A DNA stretch of 64,000 bases from an archaeon (GTDB lineage: Archaea; EX4484-52; WAPT01), in NCBI GenBank assembly GCA_029258795.1, contig JAPDKB010000008.1, forward strand, positions 80,043 through 144,042, read 5' to 3'. The notes under the pieces were generated by a model, which made no database searches, was not told the DNA's origin, and saw only the letters and a program-made list of their open reading frames with translations. A program made the translations under genes and the position numbers. Below are positions 1-8,867 of the stretch, piece after piece (within the stretch, counting starts at the first letter, position 1; each line of letters opens with the position of its first letter).

Positions 1-192
1 GCAAAAGAATATGCAGGAAAGCTCAAGTTCGTGAAGGTGAATGTGGATGACAACCCTGTGTTGGCAGCCAGATATGGAGTGCAGGGAATACCCACACTGG
101 TCATCTTCAGAAATGGTAAAGAAGTTGAAAGGGTTGTTGGGGCTTATCCAAAAGCCGTGCTCAATGAGATTCTGGATAGAGTGTTGGGATGA
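1..192 (+). CDS. trxA: Thioredoxin, C-terminal part (5' end outside window)
   Basis: Frame 1 reads [48 protein letters not shown]..., the typical thioredoxin C-half; stop TGA at 190-192. Not in the ORF track. Confidence 0.9.
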   Translation, partial: AKEYAGKLKFVKVNVDDNPVLAARYGVQGIPTLVIFRNGKEVERVVGAYPKAVLNEILDRVLG

Positions 193-198
193 TGGAGC

Positions 199-642
199 AT
201 GAGCAGCGGTAAAAAAGGCAGAGTGCTTAGCGATGACAAATTTGAAAGCGTGCTCTCCAAAGCGAAGAGGGTGGTGGTGATCGGTCTTTCCAGAAATGAA
301 TACAAGGCATCAAATATCATAGCTAGGCAACTGGCAGAAAAGTACGAGGTAGTGGGAGTTAATCCTGCAGGAGATGTTGAGGGCTTTAAAACCTATTCTG
401 ATATTGAGGAGATGGCAGGAGAGGTTGGCGAAGCGGACATAGTTGTTGTGTTCCGCCCTTCCGAAGAGGTTGGAGAGATAGCAGAAAAGCTCCTCAAATC
501 CGGGTTGAAGTTTCAGGTGCTATGGATGCAGGAAGGAATTGAGAACGAGGGGGCTGCGAAGCTTTTGATTGAGCAAGGAATTGATGTTGTCATGAACAGA
601 TGTATGGGGAAAGCGCTTCACATGCTGGAGAAAAATTTTTAA
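199..642 (+). CDS. CoA-binding protein (YccU-like)
   Basis: VVVIGLS, VNP, DIVVVFRPS, LWMQEGI and VVMNRC motifs. Confidence 0.88.
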   Translation: MSSGKKGRVLSDDKFESVLSKAKRVVVIGLSRNEYKASNIIARQLAEKYEVVGVNPAGDVEGFKTYSDIEEMAGEVGEADIVVVFRPSEEVGEIAEKLLKSGLKFQVLWMQEGIENEGAAKLLIEQGIDVVMNRCMGKALHMLEKNF

Positions 643-679
643 ACGAGATGTATATAACTCAATATATTAGTGTTGCAAT

Positions 680-1273
680 ATGATGCCCGTCTACAGGGAT
701 AGTGGCGGGGCGCACTATTTAGTTCAGCTGCGTTTGCCACCCCAGGAGCTCGATCTCAGCCCCCTGAATGACTATACAAGGGATGCTATTCTTGTCAATG
801 ATGTTGCTTATATGGTGGCTAAAAAGAAGGAGGAGTATCAGACAGGCGGCCATTCGGAGAATGAACATTCACTAGTGTTCTATCCTTCGAGCATTTACGT
901 CAGCGGGAAGGATCCAAAAGATGTGTCAATTTTTGATGAGATTGCTGTTGTGAGGTATTTTACTCTTCCAGGCAACTACTCGAATATAAGTGGAGGAACC
1001 GATGTGACTAAATGGTTCTGGAGAACCTTTATTGCTTTCTATGGCGATAAAAATCTGGAATATGCAAAAATAACTTGTGGAGGTATACCTGCTCTCCCGA
1101 ATTATAGAGTTATCAAAAAATTGAAAGATATAGATATCAACCTTAAAAACCTCGAAAAGGAAGGAAAGTGTGTGTGGCTTGAGGGAACATTACGTATGGT
1201 TGAAATGAAAGAGCCTGACGAATTTCTGGAAGACGGATTTTATTCCTTTCCTCATTCCCACAAATACATATAA
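680..1273 (+). CDS. Hypothetical protein (probably leaderless)
   Basis: 197-aa ORF filling the gap, with an AT-rich TATA-like upstream region; no motif recognised. Confidence 0.65.
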   Translation: MMPVYRDSGGAHYLVQLRLPPQELDLSPLNDYTRDAILVNDVAYMVAKKKEEYQTGGHSENEHSLVFYPSSIYVSGKDPKDVSIFDEIAVVRYFTLPGNYSNISGGTDVTKWFWRTFIAFYGDKNLEYAKITCGGIPALPNYRVIKKLKDIDINLKNLEKEGKCVWLEGTLRMVEMKEPDEFLEDGFYSFPHSHKYI

Positions 1274-1333
1274 AAACCAAAAACAACAAACAGATCTTGC
1301 CGTTCAGAATTTCATGAATTATGAATGTTGATT

Positions 1334-1567
1334 TCATTCCATCAATGTGTCCAGCGCTTTCTTCACCTCTTCAACAACACCTTTATCGTAAGGCAGGGCT
1401 ATGCTTCTCTTGAAGCGCTTCTCGTTCTCCCTCGTGATGAAACCTCTAGAAAGAGAGATGAATTCGTTCTCTCCCTCGCTCGTTATGGCTTTCTTGTGCG
1501 CAACTTCCAGAAAGTTGTTTCCACCAAGCTGCACATCCATACTCTTTATGGTTTCAAACTTCACCAC
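1334..1567 (-). CDS. Small conserved archaeal protein, possibly PC4-like nucleic-acid-binding fold
   Basis: VKFETIK..GGNNFLEVAHKKAI..ENEFISLSRGF..KRFKRSIALP; GGGGTGA RBS before the GTG at 1567. The fold call is inference. Confidence 0.6.
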   Translation of the reverse strand: MVKFETIKSMDVQLGGNNFLEVAHKKAITSEGENEFISLSRGFITRENEKRFKRSIALPYDKGVVEEVKKALDTLME

Positions 1568-1688
1568 GTTCTTCACCCCTTTGCAAGTTTGTCCATCCTT
1601 AACCTTTCTCTGGAAGATTTATATAGCTATGCAGACATGCGTGCCGATAGAGAAGAAAAATTTTGGTTTTGCTCCATCCGATTGAGCT

Positions 1689-3521
1689 TTAATCAACCAG
1701 CACCCTCAGATTGCCAAGTGCAACGGCCTGCAGTACTTTCTTGCCGGCATCGCTCTTCTTTTTGACCCTTATCTGCCCTCTCTTGCCTACAGTTGCAGAA
1801 AAGAGAAACTCCTCGCCCTTGTAAACATCAACGTTCTTGCCGACCAGCTTTCTGTCCACCTCGATGATAACCGAGCCGGAAGCTTCCCTCACCCTGAAGG
1901 GTATGGCTTTTTTCAACGTGTCAACTATCGGCTCGACAGAAAGCCTTATGCCAACGAGCTCCTCCAGCTTGGCTATGTTCCTGCCCTCCTTACCAATAAC
2001 TTTCGGCACATCCTCCTTCTTCACCCTCAGTACAGCTCTGTTCGGTCCGACTATCTCAACGCTGAAGTCCTTTATGTAGCGCTTCAGAATTTGAGTGAGC
2101 CGCTCCTCAGCAAGCTTGGCTATGGTCGATTCCTTAGCTTCCCGGACCTTCATCACCACCGTCTGCTCTCCGTAGGTGTAAATCTCGTACTCAAGCTTGC
2201 CCGTCTCAAAATCTATGACCTCCACTATTGGCCTCGCAAGGTCCTCAGCGGTCATGCCAGAAGGCACGCGCACATTCAAGTCAAGCACGTAAACCTTCTC
2301 TATCCTTCCGTTCTTCACGAAAATTATCGTGTCCACTATATGCGGAATCAAGCCCAGCTCAACTCTTTGGATGAAACGCTGCACCGCATCTATTGGCTGG
2401 GTGGCATGAACCACACCCACCATCCCAACTCCCGCTAATCTCATATCCGCAAAAACCTTGAAATCGTGGGTGGTGCGCAGCTCATCATAAATGGTGTAGT
2501 CGGGCCTCACAAGCAGAAGTATGTCTGAGGTTTTGGCCATGTCTCCTTCAAGGGGAGCGTATTGAGTTATCTCTGCGCTGACCTGCAAATCTCTCGGCTG
2601 CTCCATGGTTTTGACTATCTTGCCCTTGGACGCGTAGAATTCAGCGAGAGCCTGAGCAAGCGTGGTTTTTCCATGACCGGGAGGGCCGGCTATCAGTATG
2701 CCCTCAGCCCTCTCTTCCAGCCTTTTCTTCAGCTTGTCCGAGAGCTTGTAGTCCTCAAGCGTGACCTTCAGAATCGGCCTAACCAGCGTTATCTCCATCG
2801 CTTCAGAGAATGGTGGGCGTGTTATCGCTATCCTGTAGGAGCCAAGCTGCACAACGGTTGCGCCCTTCCTGCTTATCTCCACCATGGCCTTTTCGTCCAT
2901 TCTAGCGCGTTCCATTATCTCTCTCGCAAACTCCTCCAGCATCTCTCTGGTCAAGACCACATCATCCACATCCACCAGCTTGAAAGCTCCAGGCTTTCCT
3001 CTCTTTGCCTTTGGTCTGCACCCTTCCTTGAGGTGAAGAGACATCGTGTCCTTCGTGATCCACCTCTCTATTGATAGCTTTTCCGGCATCTCGTGCTCCA
3101 CATATATGATCTCTATACCCAGAGCTTCAGCACCCTTGGCTTGGATCATATCGCATGTTATGAGCACACCACCCATCTCTTTGGCAACGTCTCTTATGAG
3201 CGCGTCTATCCTCCCGCTCCTCGCAAGCTGAATCTCCTCAAGCGTGGGCTTTCTTCCTGCCTCTTTAAACTCGATCCCCCTCTTTTCACATTCCTCCCTT
3301 ATCATCTTGAGCTCCTCAAGCCCCTCTATCCCTATCTCTCTTCCCCTGTTGGCCTGATTTTCAAGCTCAGAAATCACGAATTCAGGAACAACTATGATGT
3401 CGTTCTTCTTTATTCTTCCTTCTTCCATCAACCTTCTTACCACTCCAGCGATTATGGCTGAAGTGTCAGGTACATACACTTTTCCTTTTGTTTTGCTTTT
3501 CGTTTTGCTTCCCATTTTCAA
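1689..3521 (-). CDS. PIN domain/ATPase/KH protein (PINA, Holliday-junction branch-migration ATPase family)
   Basis: N-terminal PIN (VPDTSAII), Walker A GPPGHGKTT, DELR, C-terminal KH motif VIGKEG. Confidence 0.9.
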   Translation of the reverse strand: MKMGSKTKSKTKGKVYVPDTSAIIAGVVRRLMEEGRIKKNDIIVVPEFVISELENQANRGREIGIEGLEELKMIREECEKRGIEFKEAGRKPTLEEIQLARSGRIDALIRDVAKEMGGVLITCDMIQAKGAEALGIEIIYVEHEMPEKLSIERWITKDTMSLHLKEGCRPKAKRGKPGAFKLVDVDDVVLTREMLEEFAREIMERARMDEKAMVEISRKGATVVQLGSYRIAITRPPFSEAMEITLVRPILKVTLEDYKLSDKLKKRLEERAEGILIAGPPGHGKTTLAQALAEFYASKGKIVKTMEQPRDLQVSAEITQYAPLEGDMAKTSDILLLVRPDYTIYDELRTTHDFKVFADMRLAGVGMVGVVHATQPIDAVQRFIQRVELGLIPHIVDTIIFVKNGRIEKVYVLDLNVRVPSGMTAEDLARPIVEVIDFETGKLEYEIYTYGEQTVVMKVREAKESTIAKLAEERLTQILKRYIKDFSVEIVGPNRAVLRVKKEDVPKVIGKEGRNIAKLEELVGIRLSVEPIVDTLKKAIPFRVREASGSVIIEVDRKLVGKNVDVYKGEEFLFSATVGKRGQIRVKKKSDAGKKVLQAVALGNLRVLVD

Positions 3522-3615
3522 TTCACCAGAACATTCAATTCTCTACCACTTTTAAAAAAGTTGTGGGAAAAAGAAAAAAAGCTCCCTGCTGCTGCGCTTC
3601 TTCTTTCAAGCTGGC

Positions 3616-3954
3616 TCATGCGATGTTCTCCGCTATGTTGCCCACGATGGGCAGCTTGAAATCCTCGTGCTTTATCGCTTTGATCATGCACACTATCCAG
3701 AGCACAAATCCAAGAAGTCCGAGCAGCACTCCTGTAATCCAGCCCAGTATTGGAATGAAGCCGAGCACGAACTTGATCACGAAAAGTCCGAGAAACAGCA
3801 CCGTTGATTGTGCTGCATGAAACCTTACATACCTGCTCTTCTTTTCGACCAGCAGAAATATTATTCCAGTCACAAATCCGAGCAGGTATGCAAGAAACGC
3901 TTCCACGTTCTCGGCCATACCAAGGCTTGTATCTCCACCTTTTTTCTCAGCCAT
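3616..3954 (-). CDS. DUF4870/Tic20-like small membrane protein
   Basis: LAYLLGFVTGIIFLLVEK..VRFHAAQS..FKLPIVG signature. Confidence 0.8.
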   Translation of the reverse strand: MAEKKGGDTSLGMAENVEAFLAYLLGFVTGIIFLLVEKKSRYVRFHAAQSTVLFLGLFVIKFVLGFIPILGWITGVLLGLLGFVLWIVCMIKAIKHEDFKLPIVGNIAENIA

Positions 3955-3990
3955 TTCTTTTCACCTCTGTTGATTTAAATGATCAGAACC

Positions 3991-4908
3991 TCAGCTCACC
4001 ACCGCCATGTAAGATATCTCCACAACCTGTGAACCGATGGTGGATGAGATTCCATAAGTTACGCCTTCCTTAACCACCACTCCGCTTATCTCATCCCCGC
4101 TGACTTGCACACCACTTGCCTGATACCCTTCCTTTGAAAGCTCGTTCACAAGCTCTTGTATATCCTCACTGCTAACTGCGCGTGGCACAGCATAGGATAG
4201 CACAACATAATTTGCTGTGCCGGTGCTCACCGTACCTACATCTGCCAGCTTTGCCCCTCCAAAGATGGAGATCAAAACAGGCCTTATGTCCTCATCCAGC
4301 TGTTGCGCGTATCCTGAAGGAGGTGTGACGTCAGCTGCTGACTCGTAGTAATCTTCCTGTGTGCTCTCACCTTGTGATGTCTCACCGGTTTCACCACAGG
4401 GTTTGGACAAATCGAGATTGATAAGTGTGTATTCTTTATCGCCGATCTTTACCAGTCCAACATCCACGTACAATATGTTGTTACCTTTTGAGAAAGTGAG
4501 TGACGTTCCCTCAACATAATGCATCGTGCCCACCCCCGGCACCACAATTCCGGCTCCTGCGGAAGAGCTCTTGCTTTCAAGATTCCAGCCATCGTTCTCC
4601 AGCTCGGAAGTGTAAAACTCAACCGCACCATCCATCTTGTTACCCTTAAGGTAGTATGAAGCGCTCTCAGAACATTCATCGAAAGAGTAGCTCACTCTTG
4701 TGGTGTCCGGATAGCGGGGCACACCATCTATATCTTTATCTCCAACATCATGCTTGGGAAGAAGCAGCTGAGCTGCATTTTCGACAACGCTCGTTGATGG
4801 CTTCCCACCACCTATGCAACCGCTTGCCAGAACAACGACAAAAACCAGAGACAAGACCGCAAATGCGCTTTTAATCGAAATTTTTTCTTTTATCATCAAG
4901 TTCACCAC
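3991..4908 (-). CDS. Secreted lipoprotein-like surface protein
   Basis: Hydrophobic leader ending in LASGCIGGG (archaeal lipobox-like), followed by two acidic Ser/Gly-rich domains. Confidence 0.7.
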   Translation of the reverse strand: MVNLMIKEKISIKSAFAVLSLVFVVVLASGCIGGGKPSTSVVENAAQLLLPKHDVGDKDIDGVPRYPDTTRVSYSFDECSESASYYLKGNKMDGAVEFYTSELENDGWNLESKSSSAGAGIVVPGVGTMHYVEGTSLTFSKGNNILYVDVGLVKIGDKEYTLINLDLSKPCGETGETSQGESTQEDYYESAADVTPPSGYAQQLDEDIRPVLISIFGGAKLADVGTVSTGTANYVVLSYAVPRAVSSEDIQELVNELSKEGYQASGVQVSGDEISGVVVKEGVTYGISSTIGSQVVEISYMAVVS

Positions 4909-5061
4909 AATTTTTTGTTTTAATTCACTTTGTTCAAAAAATTTATATAAGTATCTGGTTGTTCTGAAAAGAGACGAAATTCGAACTTTTTATTTGTTTA
5001 AATTTTGATGTTTCTGGTTAAACCGCAATCTTTTTATGATGATTTGAACAAAAACTGATTC

Positions 5062-5325
5062 ATGGGATTGCATGGAGTGTGCACACGTCCAGACCACAAA
5101 TTCGATATGGACTCTGTGGAGATGATATATGATCCGGAGACCAATACAGAATACTTGTGGGGGAAGTGTCTTGTCTGCGGAGCACCGAGAATAGAAAAGA
5201 GGCATCCCGGTTGTTCTGAGAAACAGCAGGTAAGCGCGAGAGAAATTTACAATACATTACTCGCGCTTAAAGAACATGAGAAATACCCCACCATCATCCC
5301 TGTTACCACCTACACTTCCCACTAG
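5062..5325 (+). CDS. Small hypothetical protein, possible Zn ligands (CxxxxH..CxxC)
   Basis: 87-aa ORF with CTRPDH and CLVC; converges on pyrF. Confidence 0.55.
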   Translation: MGLHGVCTRPDHKFDMDSVEMIYDPETNTEYLWGKCLVCGAPRIEKRHPGCSEKQQVSAREIYNTLLALKEHEKYPTIIPVTTYTSH

Positions 5326-6247
5326 CTTTCAACGCGCTGATTATATCATCGATCATCTCAAGCGCGGCCTGTCTGGCCGCCTCCTCAAACCTGTCTTCAC
5401 CCGCCTCATATTTCTCTGATCTGTACGCTGCTATAACACCTCTCGCTGAGTGGATTATGGCTCCGAGTCCATCCTCATTGAAGTTGTGCACAACGTCCTT
5501 TGCTTTTGCACCCTGCGCTCCGTAGCCCGGCACGAGCACCACAGCTCTTGGAACAAGCTTCCTGCACACCTTTGCCTGCTCGGGATAGGTTGCGCCAACA
5601 ACCATACCAACGGAAGAGTAGCCGTACTCCGTGCCGATCAGCTCGGCACCCCATTCATCCACCTTCCTTGCAACCATCTGGAAGAGCGTTGAACTATCGT
5701 TGTCCATTTTCACGTCCTGAAACTCGTGGCTGGAAGGATTGGAGGTCTTCACGAGCACAAAGATGCCTTTGCCGAAATTCCCGCACGCATCAAGGAACGG
5801 CTTTATCCCATCCGTGCCGAGGTACGGGTTGACTGTTATTGCGTCAGCATCAAAATAGCTACTTGCCTTTGTTCCGTCACACAGTTCAACTCTGCCCAAA
5901 TAAGCGTTAGCGTAAGCTTCTGCTGTGCTTCCGATGTCGTTGCGCTTCACATCCAAAATCACAATTCTGTCCCTCTTTTTCACATGCTCTACGGTCTTTT
6001 TCAGCGCTTTTATGCCGTGCTTCCCGTAAAGTTCGTAGAACGCTGAATTGATTTTGTAGCACGGCACTAAATCGTATGTAGCATCCACAATTTTCCTGTT
6101 AAACTCAAGTATGGCTTCTGCTGTGGCTTCAAACACGTTATCCTCCTTTTCCACGGCTTGCTGCTTTATGAACGAGGGCACGAAGCTTATTCTTGTGTCA
6201 AGCCCTATGCAGCACGGATTTTGTAGTTTATCCATTAGGTTTAACAA
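5303..6247 (-). CDS. pyrF: Orotidine-5'-phosphate decarboxylase (subfamily 2)
   Basis: CIGLD, DVKRNDIGST, TVNPYLG, VKTSNP, VVGAT and LVPGYGAQG; the true start may lie further upstream (see findings). Confidence 0.95.
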   Translation of the reverse strand: MLNLMDKLQNPCCIGLDTRISFVPSFIKQQAVEKEDNVFEATAEAILEFNRKIVDATYDLVPCYKINSAFYELYGKHGIKALKKTVEHVKKRDRIVILDVKRNDIGSTAEAYANAYLGRVELCDGTKASSYFDADAITVNPYLGTDGIKPFLDACGNFGKGIFVLVKTSNPSSHEFQDVKMDNDSSTLFQMVARKVDEWGAELIGTEYGYSSVGMVVGATYPEQAKVCRKLVPRAVVLVPGYGAQGAKAKDVVHNFNEDGLGAIIHSARGVIAAYRSEKYEAGEDRFEEAARQAALEMIDDIISALKASGKCRW

Positions 6248-6280
6248 GCAGTCAGCGAAATTTTTCTTGATGATATCGCA

Positions 6281-6691
6281 TCACCAAGACAATAAAGTTA
6301 TGGCAGCTATAGCAAGCAATACTCCCATAGCTTTGATGAGCGTTATCTTCTCCTCCAGCACCAGTATGCCTAGCAGCACTGTCACAGCAGTACTCATACC
6401 AACTATCGGCTTGACTATACTTATCTTACCTGAGCTTATTGCACGAATGTAAAAGAAGAATGCTATGCTTGCTATAAAGCCAGCGGTGCTTACATAAGGC
6501 ACAACTTGCTTGTTGATGGATTTTGACGGAGCTTGATAAACCCACATCAGAGCAAGAAAGAGGAGCATGAAGCCTGTGGTGAGGAAAGTCACGGTTAAAG
6601 AGTCTGCATAGTTTGATGCGAGCTTATAAAGCAGAGGCGTGATACCATAAAGGAGCATGGCGACCAGAGCAAAAATTACGTAAGCTTCCAT
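6281..6691 (-). CDS. EamA/DMT-family small transporter
   Basis: About five TM segments, GKISIVKPI and LGILVLEEKIT; ATG at 6691 chosen as the start. Confidence 0.85.
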   Translation of the reverse strand: MEAYVIFALVAMLLYGITPLLYKLASNYADSLTVTFLTTGFMLLFLALMWVYQAPSKSINKQVVPYVSTAGFIASIAFFFYIRAISSGKISIVKPIVGMSTAVTVLLGILVLEEKITLIKAMGVLLAIAAITLLSW

Positions 6692-6752
6692 GAAACTTCG
6701 ATGAAGTTTAAAAACTTTAAATTTCTGTCGCTGCATATCTGTCCTTGTATCG

Positions 6753-7133
6753 TTAAAGTTGTACCACAAAACCCAGCTCTTCCAGAGCTTCCTTTGCATT
6801 TTTCAAGTCATTCTCCTTCACCAGAATGTGATCAGTCGAGTAGGAAGAGATAACAAAGATAGATACGCTTTTTTTGGCGAGTGCACTAGCTACTTTTGCG
6901 AGAAATCCGACAAGGTTGAAAGGCAGCACCATGTCAAAAGTAAGAAGCTTCCATCCCGGCTCCATCTCCAGTGTGTCCACTTCATCAATCTTTGCTTCAT
7001 CGATTATGACCGTTATTTCCTTCCCATCCATTATGTTGGCAAAAGCTTCAGGGTGTGGTTTCTTGGCTTTGACTATCGCAAATCTCTCTTTCCACACGTA
7101 TACTCTTCCATCAGAACGAACATCTTGTTCCAT
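6753..7133 (-). CDS. ACT-domain protein (ACT_7/CASTOR-like)
   Basis: EITVI, WKLLTFD.LPF.LVGFLA and ISSYSTDHILVK. Confidence 0.85.
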   Translation of the reverse strand: MEQDVRSDGRVYVWKERFAIVKAKKPHPEAFANIMDGKEITVIIDEAKIDEVDTLEMEPGWKLLTFDMVLPFNLVGFLAKVASALAKKSVSIFVISSYSTDHILVKENDLKNAKEALEELGFVVQL

Positions 7134-7158
7134 GGTTTGATGATGCTCAAGAACATAT

Positions 7159-8001
7159 TTATTTGTAGGGCTCCAATCCCTCAAAAAACTCCACCGCAAG
7201 CTTCCCTATGTCTTGACTGTAACCTCCTTCAAGAACAGCAAAACATCTTGCTTTGCATTCTTTAACTGTGTTTGCTATGGGTTTAGCAATTTTTTGGTAG
7301 CTTTCTTTTTTGAGCAGAAAACCCGTAAGAGGATCCTTCTCGTAAGTGTCGAAACCCAACGAGATTGCAAGCACATCCGGCATGAATTGCTGTATTCTTG
7401 TCAGAGCTTTTTCCAGCGTTTTAAGGTAAGCTTTCTCATCCGTTCCGGCTGGGAGCGGGAAGTTTATGCAGTTATCAGTGCTTTCCGTTCCTGTGCCGGG
7501 ATAAAATGGATACTGATGAATGGAAACGTAAAGCACGTTGTCATCATGCAAGAAGATGTCCTGAGTGCCGTTTCCGTGATGCACATCGATATCAAGAATG
7601 GCTACTCTTTCTCCAGAATAAACCTTCCTCACCGCTACGGCTATGTTGTTGAAGTAGCAAAATCCTCCGAGAAAGTTCTTGCCAGCGTGATGGCCCGGCG
7701 GTCTTGTCAGGGCAAAGCCCTCAAGCTCGGCAGCCTTTATTGCGCATCCTGCTGCAAGAATCGGGTACTTAACGTCTATGGGCGGTGTGTCAGCATCAAA
7801 ATAGTTCATACTCTCCACGCGTTTCACATGCTCTTCTGTGTGCACCACCAGCAGATCTTCAAGCTTTGCAGGCCTTGCATCCACAAAATCATGGTCAGTC
7901 TTTTCAAGCGCCTCCGCAATCCTTTTTACCCTTTCCGGAGTTTCCGGATGAAAGTCATCATGTCTGTATTCCAAACAGAGCGGGTTGTAGATGACGAGCA
8001 T
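7159..8001 (-). CDS. Zn-dependent deacetylase (HDAC/AcuC family)
   Basis: HPETPER, RPPGHHA, GFCYFNN, DIDVHHGNGTQ and LEGGY. Confidence 0.93.
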   Translation of the reverse strand: MLVIYNPLCLEYRHDDFHPETPERVKRIAEALEKTDHDFVDARPAKLEDLLVVHTEEHVKRVESMNYFDADTPPIDVKYPILAAGCAIKAAELEGFALTRPPGHHAGKNFLGGFCYFNNIAVAVRKVYSGERVAILDIDVHHGNGTQDIFLHDDNVLYVSIHQYPFYPGTGTESTDNCINFPLPAGTDEKAYLKTLEKALTRIQQFMPDVLAISLGFDTYEKDPLTGFLLKKESYQKIAKPIANTVKECKARCFAVLEGGYSQDIGKLAVEFFEGLEPYK

Positions 8002-8044
8002 ACTTTTCAATTGAAAAAAGAAGAAAGTTTAAGGCGCTTTTTCA

Positions 8045-8707
8045 TCACTTCTTTCTCAACGTGTGTGCTGCCACAAGCACGGCAAGGAAGAGAAATACTG
8101 CACCAATCATGGACGATGCTGTGCCGACAGCCATCCCCGAAATGCTTCTTTCAGCCAGAGATGCCATGTTGAAAGCGGCTGTGGCAAGGAGTAATATCGG
8201 TGTGATGAGCAGAGCAAGCTCCAAGCCGTGGGATGTCGATTGACTTGTTTCTTCCCTCACAGGGGCCTGTGGAACTTGCTCTTGCTCTTCTTCTTTCTGG
8301 AATTTATCTTCGAAAGCATGCCACCTATGTAGTTCATAAGCTATGGACTCCCTTATTATGTTTCTTATCCTCTCAAGCCGGTGGCCCTCCTTCCTTTTAG
8401 CAAAGCGGTATGAATGCCCATCAGTGTGCAGGAAATCCTTCACAGCTCTTGCATTCAGGATTACATGTTCCTTTTCATGGTCTATGTGCACCAGCTTATC
8501 GGGTGGTGTGGGCTCAACATAGAATCTAAATCTTCTGAGCATATCGTGATAAACAACATCCGGGCTCAAATTTGGGTGGTGCGCGACTATTCTCTCTGCC
8601 GCAAGCCTGACAGCTTCCGGGAATATGCTTCCGAACACTCCTTTTATATCCTTTCTAACAACTGACTTGTAAGCATCCTTCATTGCATCAAGGTATCTCT
8701 TTGTCAT
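8045..8707 (-). CDS. Hypothetical protein with two C-terminal TM helices
   Basis: Soluble N-domain containing ESIAYELHRWH, then TM-ISGMAVG-TM-RKK. Confidence 0.7.
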   Translation of the reverse strand: MTKRYLDAMKDAYKSVVRKDIKGVFGSIFPEAVRLAAERIVAHHPNLSPDVVYHDMLRRFRFYVEPTPPDKLVHIDHEKEHVILNARAVKDFLHTDGHSYRFAKRKEGHRLERIRNIIRESIAYELHRWHAFEDKFQKEEEQEQVPQAPVREETSQSTSHGLELALLITPILLLATAAFNMASLAERSISGMAVGTASSMIGAVFLFLAVLVAAHTLRKK

Positions 8708-8867
8708 GTTAGAAAGGAAGAAAATAACCTAAATATATTGATTTGTATAGTGTAATATACATTATACGGAATGTAATTTTGATTCAGAGCTATGTTCGGT
8801 TACGACACATTATTGAAAAATCAATTTTTCTCGTGAAATAAACCCTTTTAAAACTCCACCCGAAATT

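Noticed and set aside
7213-8172. 319-aa plus-strand ORF, and similar long shadow ORFs at 19907-20671, 25144-25935, 32015-32758 and 11492-12178
   Set aside because: They lie antisense to clearly recognisable or better-supported genes and have atypical composition with no motifs.
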